From the NCBI RefSeq assembly GCF_040938485.1, contig NW_027271000.1:2480001-2544000 (forward strand): DNA of 64,000 nucleotides, written 5' to 3'. The translations under genes and the position numbers were made by a program. The stretch comes from Diadema antillarum (lineage: Eukaryota). Shown here piece by piece: positions 15,289-27,795 of this stretch. Numbering within the stretch: position 1 is the first letter of the stretch; every line of letters starts with the position of its first letter. The notes beneath the pieces were generated by a model. It worked only from the letters and a program-made list of their open reading frames with translations. It was not told the DNA's origin and did no database searches.

Positions 15289-15621
15289 GGTAATGTTCGT
15301 TAGTCCAAAGGTTCGCTAATCCGAAAATGAAATAGAGTTCGTTAATCCGAACATTATTTGTGGCTTTATTCCGAAGGTTCTTTATTTTTAAAATGAATAA
15401 CGAACCTTCGGAATCACAAACTTTACTGCGTTTTCGGACTGACGAACCTTCGGTAGAATGAACCTTTCTTCATTTTCGGAATAACAAAGGTTCCTTCGTC
15501 CGAAAATGGCAATGTTCGTTAATCTGAAAAAGAAAAAGAATGTTCTCATTCAGAAGGTTCGTTGATCCGAAAATGAAACAAAATGGGTATTAACGAATCT
15601 TTGGAATAAAGAGCTGTAACC
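15289..15621. repeat. MITE-like element built from GTTCGTTAATCCGAA-type repeats in both orientations
   Basis: Repeated AAGGTTCG..AATCCGAA units and their reverse complements. Boundaries are approximate. Confidence 0.6.
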
Positions 15622-15805
15622 GCTAACCCCATAGATCTTAGGCAACACCATTAACTTTCACCCTATATCAGAATTAGAAGTCACCAGATTAGCTAAATAG
15701 GACCACCATCAATAGGTCTGTTTAATTGTTAAAACTCTCCGGGACATTACTCACTGAAACATATCAAATTGTTGTGTTCGAAACATGCATTTTATATGAA
15801 TACTT

Positions 15806-16097
15806 ACTCTCTAAAAAAAAATCGAGTGAAAATATTCACTCTTAAAAGAGTGAATACAAAAAAGAGTGAATTTAGAGTGGAAGTGGAGTGAATTTCGAGT
15901 GAAAATGTTCATTTTCACTCGTTTTGGAGTGACCTCAGAGATCACTCCAAAATCTTCGAGTGATCCCTGAGGTCATCCAAAATGAGTGAAAATAAACATT
16001 TTCACTCAAAATTCACTCCAATTTCACTCTAGATTCACTCTTTTTTGTATTCACTCTTTTTAAGAGTGAATAATTTCACTCGATTTTTTTTAGACCG
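15806..16097. mobile_element. Palindromic MITE flanked by TA, rich in GAGTGAA/TTCACTC
   Basis: TCTAAAAAAAAATCGAGTGAAA is mirrored by TTTCACTCGATTTTTTTTAGA; self-complementary throughout. Confidence 0.75.
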
Positions 16098-16269
16098 TAT
16101 GGCGTAGTAAAATAATGATAATTTACTCTTCGAAACACACGTAAAACAGGGATGTTTATTCATTGTTATTGTTATCTTTTGCTTGCTCATGTTCCTCCTG
16201 ACGACCATGCAAACGACATCACATTTAATACATGGAGAACGTGGATGATACTGTTTGAGGTCGGTGACT

Positions 16270-17055
16270 GTCGCACCGGAGTCATCCCACGAGCTAGACA
16301 CCCATGAGACAGACGGCCCACGAGTTAGACATTGAAAAAGGTCTATGAGTTATACACCAGCGAGTCATATACAGCCCATGAGCTAGACACAAAGGTGGTA
16401 CCATTGAAACCATGGTTTAAACCATAGACAATTTGTATGTGGAGAGCCAAGTGTCGCATGGCCAATTTCGTTACAAAATCAGTCATTTCGTCGACGAAAA
16501 ATGATCATTTCGTCGACGAAATGACTGATTTCAATACGAATTAGGCCATGCGACACTTGGCTCTCCTTACCAATTGTCTATGGTTTAAACCATGGTTTCA
16601 ATTGTACCACCTTCGTGAATTCAGGCCTATAACAGGCCCACTAGCTAGACGCTAACGAAAACAGGCCCGTGAGCTTGACACTAAGCAAATAAGGCCGGTG
16701 ATCTCGACACTAGGCAAAAACGTCCAGGATCTCGGCAATATACGTACTATGCCCTAAGCCCAGTAATTATAGTGTGACTGTCGAACTCGTGAGCTTTTTT
16801 CCCCCACTGTATCGCTCGTGGATGTCTTGAATTTATTGCCACTTCATGGGGTGGAACACCCTGATCAGCAGAGCTGGTTTCCATAGGGGTCCACAAATTT
16901 TTTTTTTTTTTTAGTTGATGTCGAGCTCGTGGGCCTTCTGCACTTATGAGTGTTTAGCTAATGAGTTGTATGACTCGTGAGCTGTTTGACACGTGGGCTG
17001 AATGACTCGTGGGCATTATGACTCGTGTGTGTCGAGCTCGTGACGTGCACCTGTT
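16270..17055. repeat. Old element with degenerate CCCACGAGCTAGACAC repeats on the left and inverted GTGTCGAGCTCGTGGG repeats on the right
   Basis: Many degenerate units occur in opposite orientation on the two sides, and the array is interrupted by the MITE at 16391-16627. Boundaries are approximate. Confidence 0.55.
16391..16627. mobile_element. Second copy of the same palindromic MITE family, left tip missing
   Basis: Shares AAACCATGGTTTAAACCA and CCAAGTGTCGCA blocks with 13539-13867 and ends CTTCGTGAATTCAGGCC. Confidence 0.72.
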
Positions 17056-17294
17056 GCATCTGATGGGCCTTTCTCCTCTAACTCTTGTGTCTCCAAGTTT
17101 CATCCCCGAAGAAAAAAAAAGAAGCCTTTGTTGTGTTATACTCCATATCTTTTTACAGGAGGTTCATGCGTAGCTGCACGTGTCAATACATGTCTTGGGA
17201 AAAATAAAACACGCTTTTGAAAGCTTAAGACAAAGTTTGAGAGAGGAGAGGCTCTCAGCAGTGACAGTTTGACGGTCAAGTTGAGCAGGTATAA

Positions 17295-17500
17295 ATGAAT
17301 TCTGAGAATTCAGACATTTCATGATTACTTTAATGAATGTTACGTGCAAGAGTTACTCAGAGTTTGGGGTTCTCCTTCAACAATACATCGTGCAGCTAGA
17401 TGAATTCTGAGAATTCAGACATTTCATGATAGCTTTAATGAATGTTACCTGCAAGAGTTACTCAAAGTTTGGGGTTCTGCTCCACAATACATTGTGCATA
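17295..17500 (+). repeat. Tandem duplication, 105-bp unit, two copies
   Basis: The unit starting ATGAATTCTGAGAATTCAGACATTTCATGAT begins at 17295 and again at 17400, with scattered substitutions. Confidence 0.9.
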
Positions 17501-18599
17501 CTGGTAAATTGCGCTGATGCTTCCAATGTTGAAAGACGAGGGGTTTTCGGGGCCAATCGAAGCAAATCGTCAAGACACAGTTCTCTGGATTACATGCTAT
17601 TATGGAAATGCACGGCGCGGGGCGAGGGTTCCGGAAAACTATGCCGGGGCATGCCCTCAATGACCCCAGCGACTCATAAATGAAACATGACGACTGGCTC
17701 TGGGTGTTTCGCCCCAAGTCCAGAAAATGATCGTTAAATCAACACAAATAGCAAGAGCGAGAAAGTGTCAACAGTGCTACAAAGGGGAAGGTTAGGACAC
17801 CACAATCGCCAAAAAATGATTTGCGACAGATTACGACGTGGCATGATTTAATCAGAGCGCACTGCTTGGCTCACTGGTATTGATTTGCGGAGAGCCTGGT
17901 AAACATCGCGCAGTCAAGAAGAAGAAAAGCGCAAAGGAGAGAATTTCCCTTGTCTGGATCGCAGTGTAATAACTTCGCTGCGCTACCGGAGATGGGGCTC
18001 GAAATGTTTCTCTTATCCGCATCTCGTCGATTCTCTCTTTCAAAATTTGTTTTGCCACCACAGGTTCTGCGAAACCAACAACAGAAGATTATAAGAGTGC
18101 TGCCAATAATGTATTTTCTCGGTCAGGAGCTGACAAATACACGGAAAATATTGTTCATCAATAAACCGCGAAAAAAAGAACGCGCCTCCAGCGCACACAA
18201 TAACATTGCAGTTACAAAAGAGTCCTCTTGCTGTTTTCAGGCAAATTTTGCCGTCTGATTGCCAATTCATTTTGACTGCCAATGTAGTAATACAACGTGA
18301 TATCGAGGGGCACTGGTAATATTGGTGACCCAGATGTGGTGTCCTCTCCTTGCTTTACCTTGAACAACATGATCTTCTGTGAACAGACCATGCTTGCTTC
18401 AGTCGAGAGCAGCGAGATAGAGGTTTACTTTTGACCCCAACATACTGCATCAGCAGATTTCATAATCAACCAATGAATGAAAATCCACAATTCTTAATCT
18501 AATTAGCTGATCTAATTGTATCGAAGGTGAGGCAACATATGATCATTTGTCTCGTCTGCTTCCGTTCAAGTTCAAGTTCAATGACTTTTACTTCCTGTA

Positions 18600-18603
<4 letters not shown>

Positions 18604-18652
<49 letters not shown>

Positions 18653-18809
18653 AACCTGTGCTTTGGCGTCTTGTCCGCTACCGGCGGTTTCACGCTGTGG
18701 CGATCTTCATGCAGACTGACTGAGCCTAATATGCTCTGCTTTGCAGCGTCGAGCACTTTTCATCAATCCTCAACAAACTATATTATATTCCCGACGGATA
18801 TATACCAAC

Positions 18810-18861
<52 letters not shown>
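18604..18861. repeat. Two (TA)n microsatellites, representative of many in the window
   Basis: Direct inspection. Others include (GT)n 1-40, (GA)n near 8247, (TA)n near 13226, 14103 and 46820, (TTG)n near 47228 and (CTAT)n near 62220. Confidence 0.95.
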
Positions 18862-18864
<3 letters not shown>

Positions 18865-21800
18865 AATAACAACATAAATTTGGAATATGCTGCATTTATG
18901 GGGGCACATTATAGAAGTAGAGAACTTGTGGCGAGTGTGCCCATAACATCAATGAATATTATGCGCAGTGATATATATATATACACGGAGAAAGGGCAAG
19001 GACAGAGACATACAGGATCAGAGAGAAAGACAGGAACACACATAATGGACTTTGACGTTGACAACGATGTGAACACGGACTTACCTAACAATAGCAAGAA
19101 AGACATGGGGCCTAACAGTTGCAGTGCAGGACAAGGGGAGTGTAATGTAACGGAAATAGAAACACTCACCATCAAAGAAAATGATGTATACCACAACAGT
19201 GATATCATATGAAAAATAGAATGTGTGCTCATTCATAACATCATACAAAGAAAATGAAAGAATAATAGCATGATCATGAAAGCTTCTTAAGCTTTGCATC
19301 AAAACTGTTTAGAGAGCCAGCACTTTTTATGAGGAATGGCAACTCATTACTAATTTTCGGGCCAGTGAATCTTATATTATGTTGGTTTATAGATTGTGAA
19401 CGTCTTGTGAAGTGACATGTACAAGTGAGAAGATAAAGACGAACAGATGCGGTATACCGTTAATGACAACAATATCATGTAAATGAAACTATAATTCCAT
19501 TACAAGTATATGTTTGCTTAGATCTGAAGTCGCAGTAGCTTACATATATGTCCAAATTCGCCTAGTTGTTACAAGGAGTAGGTCCTCCAAGTCTCCTCTT
19601 GAATGTACCTTTTATTTTACAAAGTGTGAAAAAACAGTTGAAACTAAACAATCAAACTTTCTTTAAGAGACATCTGAGAACTTGATAGATAGCGATCAGA
19701 AAGAAGCTGTGTTTTACGGTCAAGCTCTTGTTATCAGAATGATGCGTTTCGGCTCAATAATTTATGCGGCTATCAATACTGGAATTATGTATGACTTGCA
19801 GAACAAGAATAATGATAATTGCCGGGGGTGTATACTGGCTTGTGTATTGCAAAGATGACACGGAGGGTCAAAATCTGAAATATTCAAGAGGGCCTCAGTA
19901 CATTCAGCTGAGGCAAAGTGTTTGGCGCTTCTTTACTGTCATACATTGCAGACAGACTTATGGGGATGGGGTGACACAGCTTTTGACAAAACATGGTTTG
20001 CTGCCTGCAACAGTTCAAAAGTTCACTCTCGATCCTCCTGGTTGTTCAACTGCCCTGTGATGAACTATATGCTTTATTTTTTGTTATGTGAAAGAAATAG
20101 TTCATTGGCATGATTGAGTTCCCCCTCTACTTTGGGCGGAGAGACTCCTTCCTTCGGAATCTGGGACGATGGCAGAAGTCGAATGCTCTCCGCGAGGAAA
20201 CATCGCCCCATCACTTTTCCGCGCCTTTGCCACCGAGACTCCCGTGCATTTCCGGCCCAGACAACGCTTTCCAAAACGAAGGGGCACTGCGATATGATCA
20301 CCACACCTCGGGAGAAAAGGCATTGTATGGAACCATCTCGACAATAGCGCGCCACACGAATGTCACTCCGATGTTTTCGAGGAAAAGCGATATCGACGAG
20401 GCACCGGACTTAATGTACCGGGAGGAGCCCAGACGCGTAAAACAATGTCTTATTAAAACTACTCCCACTTATTGCGCTGAAATGTCTACGTTTTATGCAC
20501 CTTATTCAGGTCATGTTTGCGACTAAAGGGAGCGCCATTCAAGCGAGAGAGAGAGAGAGAGTCAACCGATATTCCACAATTCACTCACATTGTTTGCGTA
20601 TGTGGTTTTCAATCAGATGAAAGTAAACCTTGCGAACTTGATTGGACGTTTTTATCCGACGGGGCGAGGAAAGAAATTAAGGAACAAAGTTAGGCTAGTT
20701 GGTCTTGATTGAGAAATCTTTTTTTTCATAATTCACAACCATGTGAAAAACCCGATTACGACTCATTGGTGTTAATGATATTTGTTCAATGTTATTTCTT
20801 CGAGAAAGATTTAATGAAGTTATGAAAGAAACGAAAGACGTGTTTGTGCTAGAAATGAAAATACTCCGTCCGCAGGAAAAGGGTGAAGAAGAAAAAAAAA
20901 TGAATTGGCGGTGTGTAATTGCAGACGTGTATTCCTTAGTGACGAACCCCCTCTGGATACATGACAAGCAGTTCCTAAATCTTGCTCCCTTAAGTGGTTT
21001 CTTTCATCGCTCTCACACCGTATTTAGAAAGATGATTAAATTTGCTTCGTCTAATAAACTCATCCCGCTACCAGCTGACGATGGTTTGGAGCAGTTTTTT
21101 TTTTTCTACATGATCAAACGGAGCAGAAAAATAAGGCAGTGCACGAAACCACTTAAACCACGACAAGTCTTCGTGGTATATACCAGTATGTACGTGTGTG
21201 TGTGTGTGTGTACGTGTGTGTGTGGCGTGTGTTTATTAGTGTGTGTGTGTGTGTGTTTTTTTTTTTGTATTAGACATTATTATACTATTGCATTGGAAGA
21301 AACATCCGATTAATCCAAAGTCAACGCCAATGTTAAGTCGGATACATTCGTTTCGTCAATTCTAACCGAGTGTGGATTATAACCGTATAGCCATCGATAG
21401 AGTGTTATATACATGCATTTTTGCATGTGCGGTTGTTTGTGTCCGTATTTATACTTGCTTGTATTTATTTGTTGTATGTGAGAGAGAGAGTTAATGTATG
21501 GGCAGGCTTTTGCCTCCAAGAGAATGAGTTTGTGACTCAGGAAGTTGAAAATTGAACAAGAGATGGTGTCCAAACCATGATATCCATCAGTCTTACCCTC
21601 CGGCGTTCTATGTATTTACGTGATATCCAGTTTCGTCGCTGCCGACTGAGCTTAACATGAAATATCACATTGTTGACGCCACTTTGCTCCATTTCCTGAA
21701 ACGTCGGGCCGAGATGGCAATCATGCCCTTTGTTCAATATTCATCAGTTCTGATACTGATCATTTATCAGGAAAAAAAAAAGACCTCACGGACATGAAGA

Positions 21801-24800
21801 ATAATTCCTCTGCGACCTAGTTTATGAATGCGCCAAAACGGATCTTGAAAATGGGAATGCTCATCTCAAAGTATCAGTTTTAAGTTTGTTCGATTGATAA
21901 AGTGTGTATGCCTGGCTTGTTTGTTTGTTTGTCTGTTTGTCTGTTTGTTTCCGTTTGTTTGTTTTGGTTCGTTTGTGTGTGTGTTTTTGAAGATACAAAA
22001 AGGAAGGCTGGAAATTACCGTCACTAATGATCCAAATCGATACACGTCCTCACATTTTAAAAGCTTGTTTTGCCTTTTGGCATGCAATCTCTACAAGAAC
22101 GTGATACTTATAGTTCTTGTGAAAATTGTAATATTAAGTACATCGTTTGTTCAACGATGAAGTATATTGACCGCCAAAGGCATGAATGTGCTCAGTCCCC
22201 CAGTTCCCACACTTTTCGGAAGTAACAATAAAAACAAAAATAAAATGTCACACATAGACCTACTCAAATCCAGGATTCTCTCAAGGCTATTCAGGAATGA
22301 TGTATCTAGATAACAGTCCAAGTTGACTAAAATATACATGTGGTCTAAAATCAGTATTGAAGCTGACATTTCATCGACATAACATGTCTTTTGTTGCTGT
22401 TATTGTTTATTTCTAGTTGAAACGTTATATTTATTAAAGCGAGGAAATATTCGCAATACCTGATGACTCGCTGTCCTTGAAGATACGCAGAAAATTTCCC
22501 TGTGCTGACGTCAAGATGTTTCTCCAATGTTTGCTGCAAGTTCGACACGGCACAGAACACACAATGACGCACAGCCGGTTATAGTGTTGTCTGAGGTAGA
22601 TATGAAAAAAATGTCTTCTACAATAATTCGATGGTTCGCCCGATACGTATGCTGTTTTGCAATAAGGAAAATACTTTATGAAGAAAACCTACATGACATG
22701 AATAGTCACAGATTCTAATCTGTCCTATTGGTCTGCGCTCAATCATTTGCGATGCTGTATGCCACTGCTTGGACCGATTTATATTCTAATAAAGAAACAT
22801 CAGCAGCGATCAGTTGTTGAATAGAAGCTTCAAACTATCGTTCCAATCGTTGCAGTGCAAAGGAGGTAACGCCAAATTACACAATACACTGTGTCATACA
22901 CTGGATTATGATTATGTGTGTTACTTTTCTCATTCGTAATGCTTATAGAACAGAACACTGGAACGCGAAGAAAGTGGAATTAATTGACCAATTAATTGAA
23001 CAATATATTGTATTACGTCGTGCGAAATGACCGCAGAGGGGAAAAACATGAAGAAGTAAGATGACCCACACAATGCTTTAAAACATTTCTGCTTCCCCTG
23101 CTAACATCTTTCCATAATGTCTGTCTTTCACATACACGTACGCCCTTTTCCTTTTTCTTCTTCTTTGTAAGAAATGTGGATAGTCAAAATTATACCCCAC
23201 GTATATTTGCCCGACGTATTTTAGTGTTCACAGAGAATAGGGTACATTTCGCATTATGGCATCATTGAGACCAAGGAAAACGGTGTCTTACCCACGCACA
23301 ATATAACGATTTCGTAGGCTAGAATAAAGATATTTGTCATATCCCTCATTAATGAATCCTGTTTAGTGGTTGGCCTGTGCTTTGGGTCATGTGACAAAGC
23401 ATAACATTACTGGGATGTTGATGATATTGAAAAGAAAATGCGCATGGGGCAAAATGTGCTATTCCCTGACGACATTCATTGCATAGTGAGTGCACTATAC
23501 CGCGATCATCGTCATATTAAACACGCGTGATCGATCAATGTTTTTTTTTTTTCATCAATAGCATGTGTAAAGTGCTATCTGTATCTTTCTCATATGATAA
23601 CTGTGTAAATCGCGTCCATCGCAGTACATTGATAGTCTGCGGTGCTATGTGGAAGGATTATAAAACAAATAGCATGCCATGTTTCTAGTCACGAGCAAAA
23701 TCATGGATTTCTTGGTGACAGAAAAATTGAACTATTTCTTCGGGGCTGCACCCGTCAGAAAATAGTGTTATTTCTGCCTCTTTGGAATCCATAATTTCAC
23801 GCAGAGCTTTTCAGTGCATGGCATTATTATGACCAGTGTTTACCATACCTACATAAACTACCCATTGTTGGCAATGTGCCAAGACTTAATGCCTTGAAAA
23901 CCGGGGTTAAACATGGAAGAGAGTTTCATCGCGCACTCAACCGTGTATGTCGCCACTGGTTTGGACGATGAAAATGCGTACACGCCTTTCTGGACTCAGC
24001 GGGCGGGACCCGGACAATTATTAGTGCAAGCAGTCATGAGCACACACGGGGTAATCAACTTAGTTGTCGAATGCACCTCACTTAAATATTCCTTTAGTGG
24101 TTCAACAGACTCTCTCTCCCTTCTCTCTCTCTCTCCCTCCTCCTCTCTTTCCCTTTTTTGTACTTTCCCCTCTGTACTCAATTCGTTTATGTATTTTCTT
24201 TTTATTACACACATTGCGGCTGATTTACTAGTAGCTTTTTCCCCCTTTTCTCCAATGTGCTTCCTTTGGGAAGTTGTTTCATCCTCAGTCATTATTTCCG
24301 GTTATTCAGGCAGCATCGATTAATCCTTCCTAATAGAGAAACCACAGGAATGGAGACCATAGCTCAATGTTAACAAAATTTTGATTGCTGGTTCATACAC
24401 GCATGCACATGTGCTTCTGTGCGTGGGTCTGTGTGTTTAAGTGAATGTGCCGTATAGGGGTGTTGATCAAAATTTGCATGTGTGCATTGGTAATCAATAA
24501 ACAGTAACAATGATGTATTTACCTTAGGTTCCTTCTCGTTGAATTCAGTATTGGCCTTGATATACAACATGAATGGGTAAATTCGTTTGTTGGGATTTTG
24601 TTTTGCTACAAACCCTGATTATGCACTGCTCAGGTTTTTTTTTCTCCGTTGTTTAACATAGCATGTAGATACTCGAAATGGAAGAAAATGATAAAAATCC
24701 CCCCAAATTACGCCTCAAAATGGAGACCGAAGTCGCATTAAGCCAACAGGAACATTTCTTGAATTTTAGTTGCGTTTATAGGCCGCTTCCGTTAAGAAAG

Positions 24801-24823
24801 TGTTGGGTACTGTGCGCTAAAAC

Positions 24824-24848
24824 GAGACGTTGTGCTCAGTGGATAAGA
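24824..24848 (+). mobile_element. 5' half (A box) of a tRNA-derived SINE interrupted by the LINE
   Basis: TGTGCTCAGTGG resembles the pol III A box; the sequence continues after the LINE at 27641. Confidence 0.65.
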
Positions 24849-24915
24849 GGCCCCATGGTAGAAGCATCCACGTTCGCGGGGCTGGATAAGGAGTTTTCCT
24901 GAGCCAATTCTACCA
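24849..24915 (+). ncRNA. HDV-like self-cleaving ribozyme at the LINE 5' end
   Basis: Hand-folded nested double pseudoknot: P1 GGCCCC/GGGGCU, P2 UGGUAGAA/UUCUACCA, P3 GCA/CGC, L3 UCCACGUU, P1.1 CC/GG, P4 AGGA/UCCU and J4/2 GCCAA. Confidence 0.82.
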
Positions 24916-27629
24916 CCACCGTCATCTACATTTAACATGAGCTTTTGCTCTGTTCCTACTTCTTCAAAGTATAATGGTTTCCATCGTAAGCTTGCGTCCC
25001 GGAAGCTTGCGTCTTTCACAGGACGGACGGTAACTGTGATGTCCATCAGTGTCGAAGGGTTTTCCTCAATGAAAACACAAGTGATCGGAAGACTCTGCCA
25101 TGAGAATGACTGTGACATTCTGTGCCTAAAAGAGACACACAGAGGCCAACACCAGATTCGTCCCAGAATTCCTGGAATGAAGCTTATTGTCGAAAGGCCT
25201 CATGAGAGATATGGCAGTGCAATCTCGATCAGTGCAATTATCGACCAGACATCATTAACTGAAAGCGACTATGAAGAGGTCCTGTCGATCAGCCTGGGGA
25301 GACTGTCGGTGACAGTGTACAAACCACCTGGCACTATATACGCATTTCACATCAATGTCATCATTGGAGATTTCAGCAGTCATAGCACTACTTGGGGCTA
25401 CTGTGAAACAAATGAAGATGGTAATTTGGTCAAGAAGTGGGCTGAAACTCACCAACTCAGCCTTACCCATGACGCAAAACTTCCTCCTAGAACAGCTGCC
25501 GCTGGAGAAAGGGATACAAGCCAGACCTGGCCTGTCCTTCACTAGTGAGCGCATATCAGCCCTCAGTAAGAAGTATGTAGTAGATCCTATACCCCATTCC
25601 CCCAACACAGGCCAATTTCCATCGATATCATTGCTGCTGTGGTAGGCCTACCCCCAGGATGTTCCTCTCAGGCGACGTTTCAACTTCCAGAAAGCCATCT
25701 GGAGAACTTTACCAACGATCCCGACAACGCCTTGGCTGATCTTGACCCTACTCCAGCCAACTATGACAGATTCATCAAGTTGATACGAGAAATATCCGAA
25801 AAGCATATCCCCCTGGATGCAGGGAACATTGCATTCCTGGTATCTCTGCAGATAGCCCAACCCTCTATAATGAGTACCTGTGGCTTCATAATGAGGATCC
25901 CTTCTCAGATGACACCCTGAACGCAGAAGAGATGCTTATAGAGGCCATAGCAGAAGAGCGAAGGAAATCCTGGCAAGAGCTCATGGAAAGTGTGGATATG
26001 TCACACATCAGCAAGAAAGCCTGGTCAACCATTAAAAAAAAAATCCAACAATGACCCCCAAGAAGGAAATAGTGCATTCCAACGTTACCGCCAACCAGGT
26101 TGCCCACCAGCTTCTGTTGCATGGGAAAACTCAACATAAGCTGCAGCAAATAGAACATCCACAATGGAACCAGTCCAATTAAAAAAGAATACCCTTGGAC
26201 TTTCACTTTGAAAGAACTTCAGACAGCAATCGGCAGTGGAGCTGGACTTGATGATATCTGTACTGAGCAAATTAAGCATTTTGGACAGGTTGCTCAACTA
26301 TGGCTTCTCCCCCTGTATGACAATGTGCCGCAGTCCCAACTACCAAAGATCTGGAGGAAAGCTCGAGTAATCGCTATTCTCAAACCAGGCAAAGATTCAA
26401 ATGTGGCCAAAAAACTACCGACCATTTTCCCTACTATGTCATCTCTACAAGCTTTTTGAGAGCCTTATCTTGAACAGGCTTGGCCCTACTACGGAACGAC
26501 ACTTAATCCCTAGAAAACAGGCGCTTCTTCGTGGAGCTGAATGGGAAGCGCAGTAGGTGGAGGATACAGAGGAACGGACTTACTCATTGCAGGGCAGCGT
26601 TCTCGCTCCAGTTCTTTTCAACATTTATATGAATGACCAAACTGTCTCAACAGGCACAAGGAGCTTCATTTACGCTGACGACATTGGTATCGCAGCTCAG
26701 AACAGCGACATCAGTGAGATAGAGGCCACCTTAACATTAGCCTTAAACAATCTGACGACATACCACAGAGACAACCAGCTGAAGGCGAATCTTACCAAGA
26801 CCCCGGATAGCTTATTCCATCTTCGCAACCGAGATGTTAGGAAACAGCTGTCACTCACATGGAATGGTGAAAGGGAAGTAAGAACTCGGAACAACCTTCT
26901 TTGGAAACTGGCAAACTCTTCTTTTGGGTTCTAGTGCTTCTACACTACGGGCGACTGCTCTTGTCCTATGCTACTCAGCTGCGGAGTGTGCTTGCCCAAT
27001 CTGGGAAAGACCTTGTCACTCCAAGAAGCTTGATTCAAGTCTCAACGACAGCTTTAGAATTATCATTGCATGTCTCAAGCCGACAAAGTAAACAGTCTTT
27101 ACGTCTTTTCCGGCATTGTCCCACCTGACATACGCCGGTCAGTATTCAGCATTATGGCACTCAGACAAAGTCAGGACTGCCGCCACCCATGCTAACGCTC
27201 CCAACCAGCCCAGAATCAAGGAAAAACTTCCTTCACTCTGTCCAACCCATGACTGAATCCCCACAGGTGGTCAGATGTAGACTATGGGAGGAGAGACGCA
27301 GCAGCAACCATCATCATGACAAGCTACCTCTCCCTACTAATTATCAGCTACCCCCAGGGCACAAGCATGACGGGAAGACATAGAGTTCTCTTAAGCGACC
27401 CCGCACAGAGATGGGCTGATGTAAAGTCAGCATGAAAAAGTGGGGATATTCAACTGATGACAACATAAATTGTGACTGTGGCACACCTCAAACCATGCCA
27501 CACCTTCTCCATTGCCCTGGCCTTGAGGAACAGTGAAGTCTGACCTGTTGGCTGCAAATGAGAGGGCTCTGCGATGTGCCAAATCCTAGCCAAATATCTA
27601 ATGACAATAGATGTTGGATACGACAAAGA
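24849..27629 (+). mobile_element. Ingi/Vingi-like non-LTR retrotransposon with both ends, internally deleted and frameshifted
   Basis: APE endonuclease (DILCLKETHRG, ERPHERYGSAI, IIGDFSSHSTTWGY), RT (KIWRKARVIAILKPGK, QGSVLAPVLFNIY, FIYADD) and a C-terminal CDCGTPQTMPHLLHC knuckle (27471-27515). No RNase H was seen. The 11-bp TSD AGTGGATAAGA is at 24838-24848 and 27630-27640. The clade call rests on motif recall. Confidence 0.88.
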
Positions 27630-27640
27630 AGTGGATAAGA

Positions 27641-27795
27641 CCCCGAACTCTCAATAACGAGATCCCTAGTTCGAGCCCCGTGGCTATAGCGGCTGTGCCC
27701 CTATTATGCAAGACGCTTTGTATCCTCAATGTCAAAGTCCTCTTCCATAGCGGGCGCGTACCAATTCGATTGAAATCAATAAAATTTATTTAATA
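27641..27795 (+). mobile_element. 3' part (B box and body) of the interrupted tRNA-derived SINE
   Basis: AGTTCGAGCCC B box at 27668-27678. The rejoined A-to-B spacing is 45 nt, as in tRNA. A GTGCCC...GCAAGACGCTTT core-like segment follows. Confidence 0.68.

Noticed and set aside
20102-20344. Minus-strand ORF containing HIAVPLRFGKR, resembling an amidated RFamide neuropeptide with a cleavage site
   Set aside because: Single motif, no signal peptide, an in-frame stop a few codons upstream, no convincing acceptor and no upstream basic cleavage site. Most likely chance.
23913-24323. 136-aa ORF MEESFIAHSTVYVATG...
   Set aside because: No recognisable domain; the second half is CT-microsatellite-derived low complexity.
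24916-25030. Possible 2A/StopGo peptide at the LINE ORF N-terminus, known from some Ingi-related elements
   Set aside because: No D(V/I)ExNPGP motif is present between the ribozyme and the APE domain.
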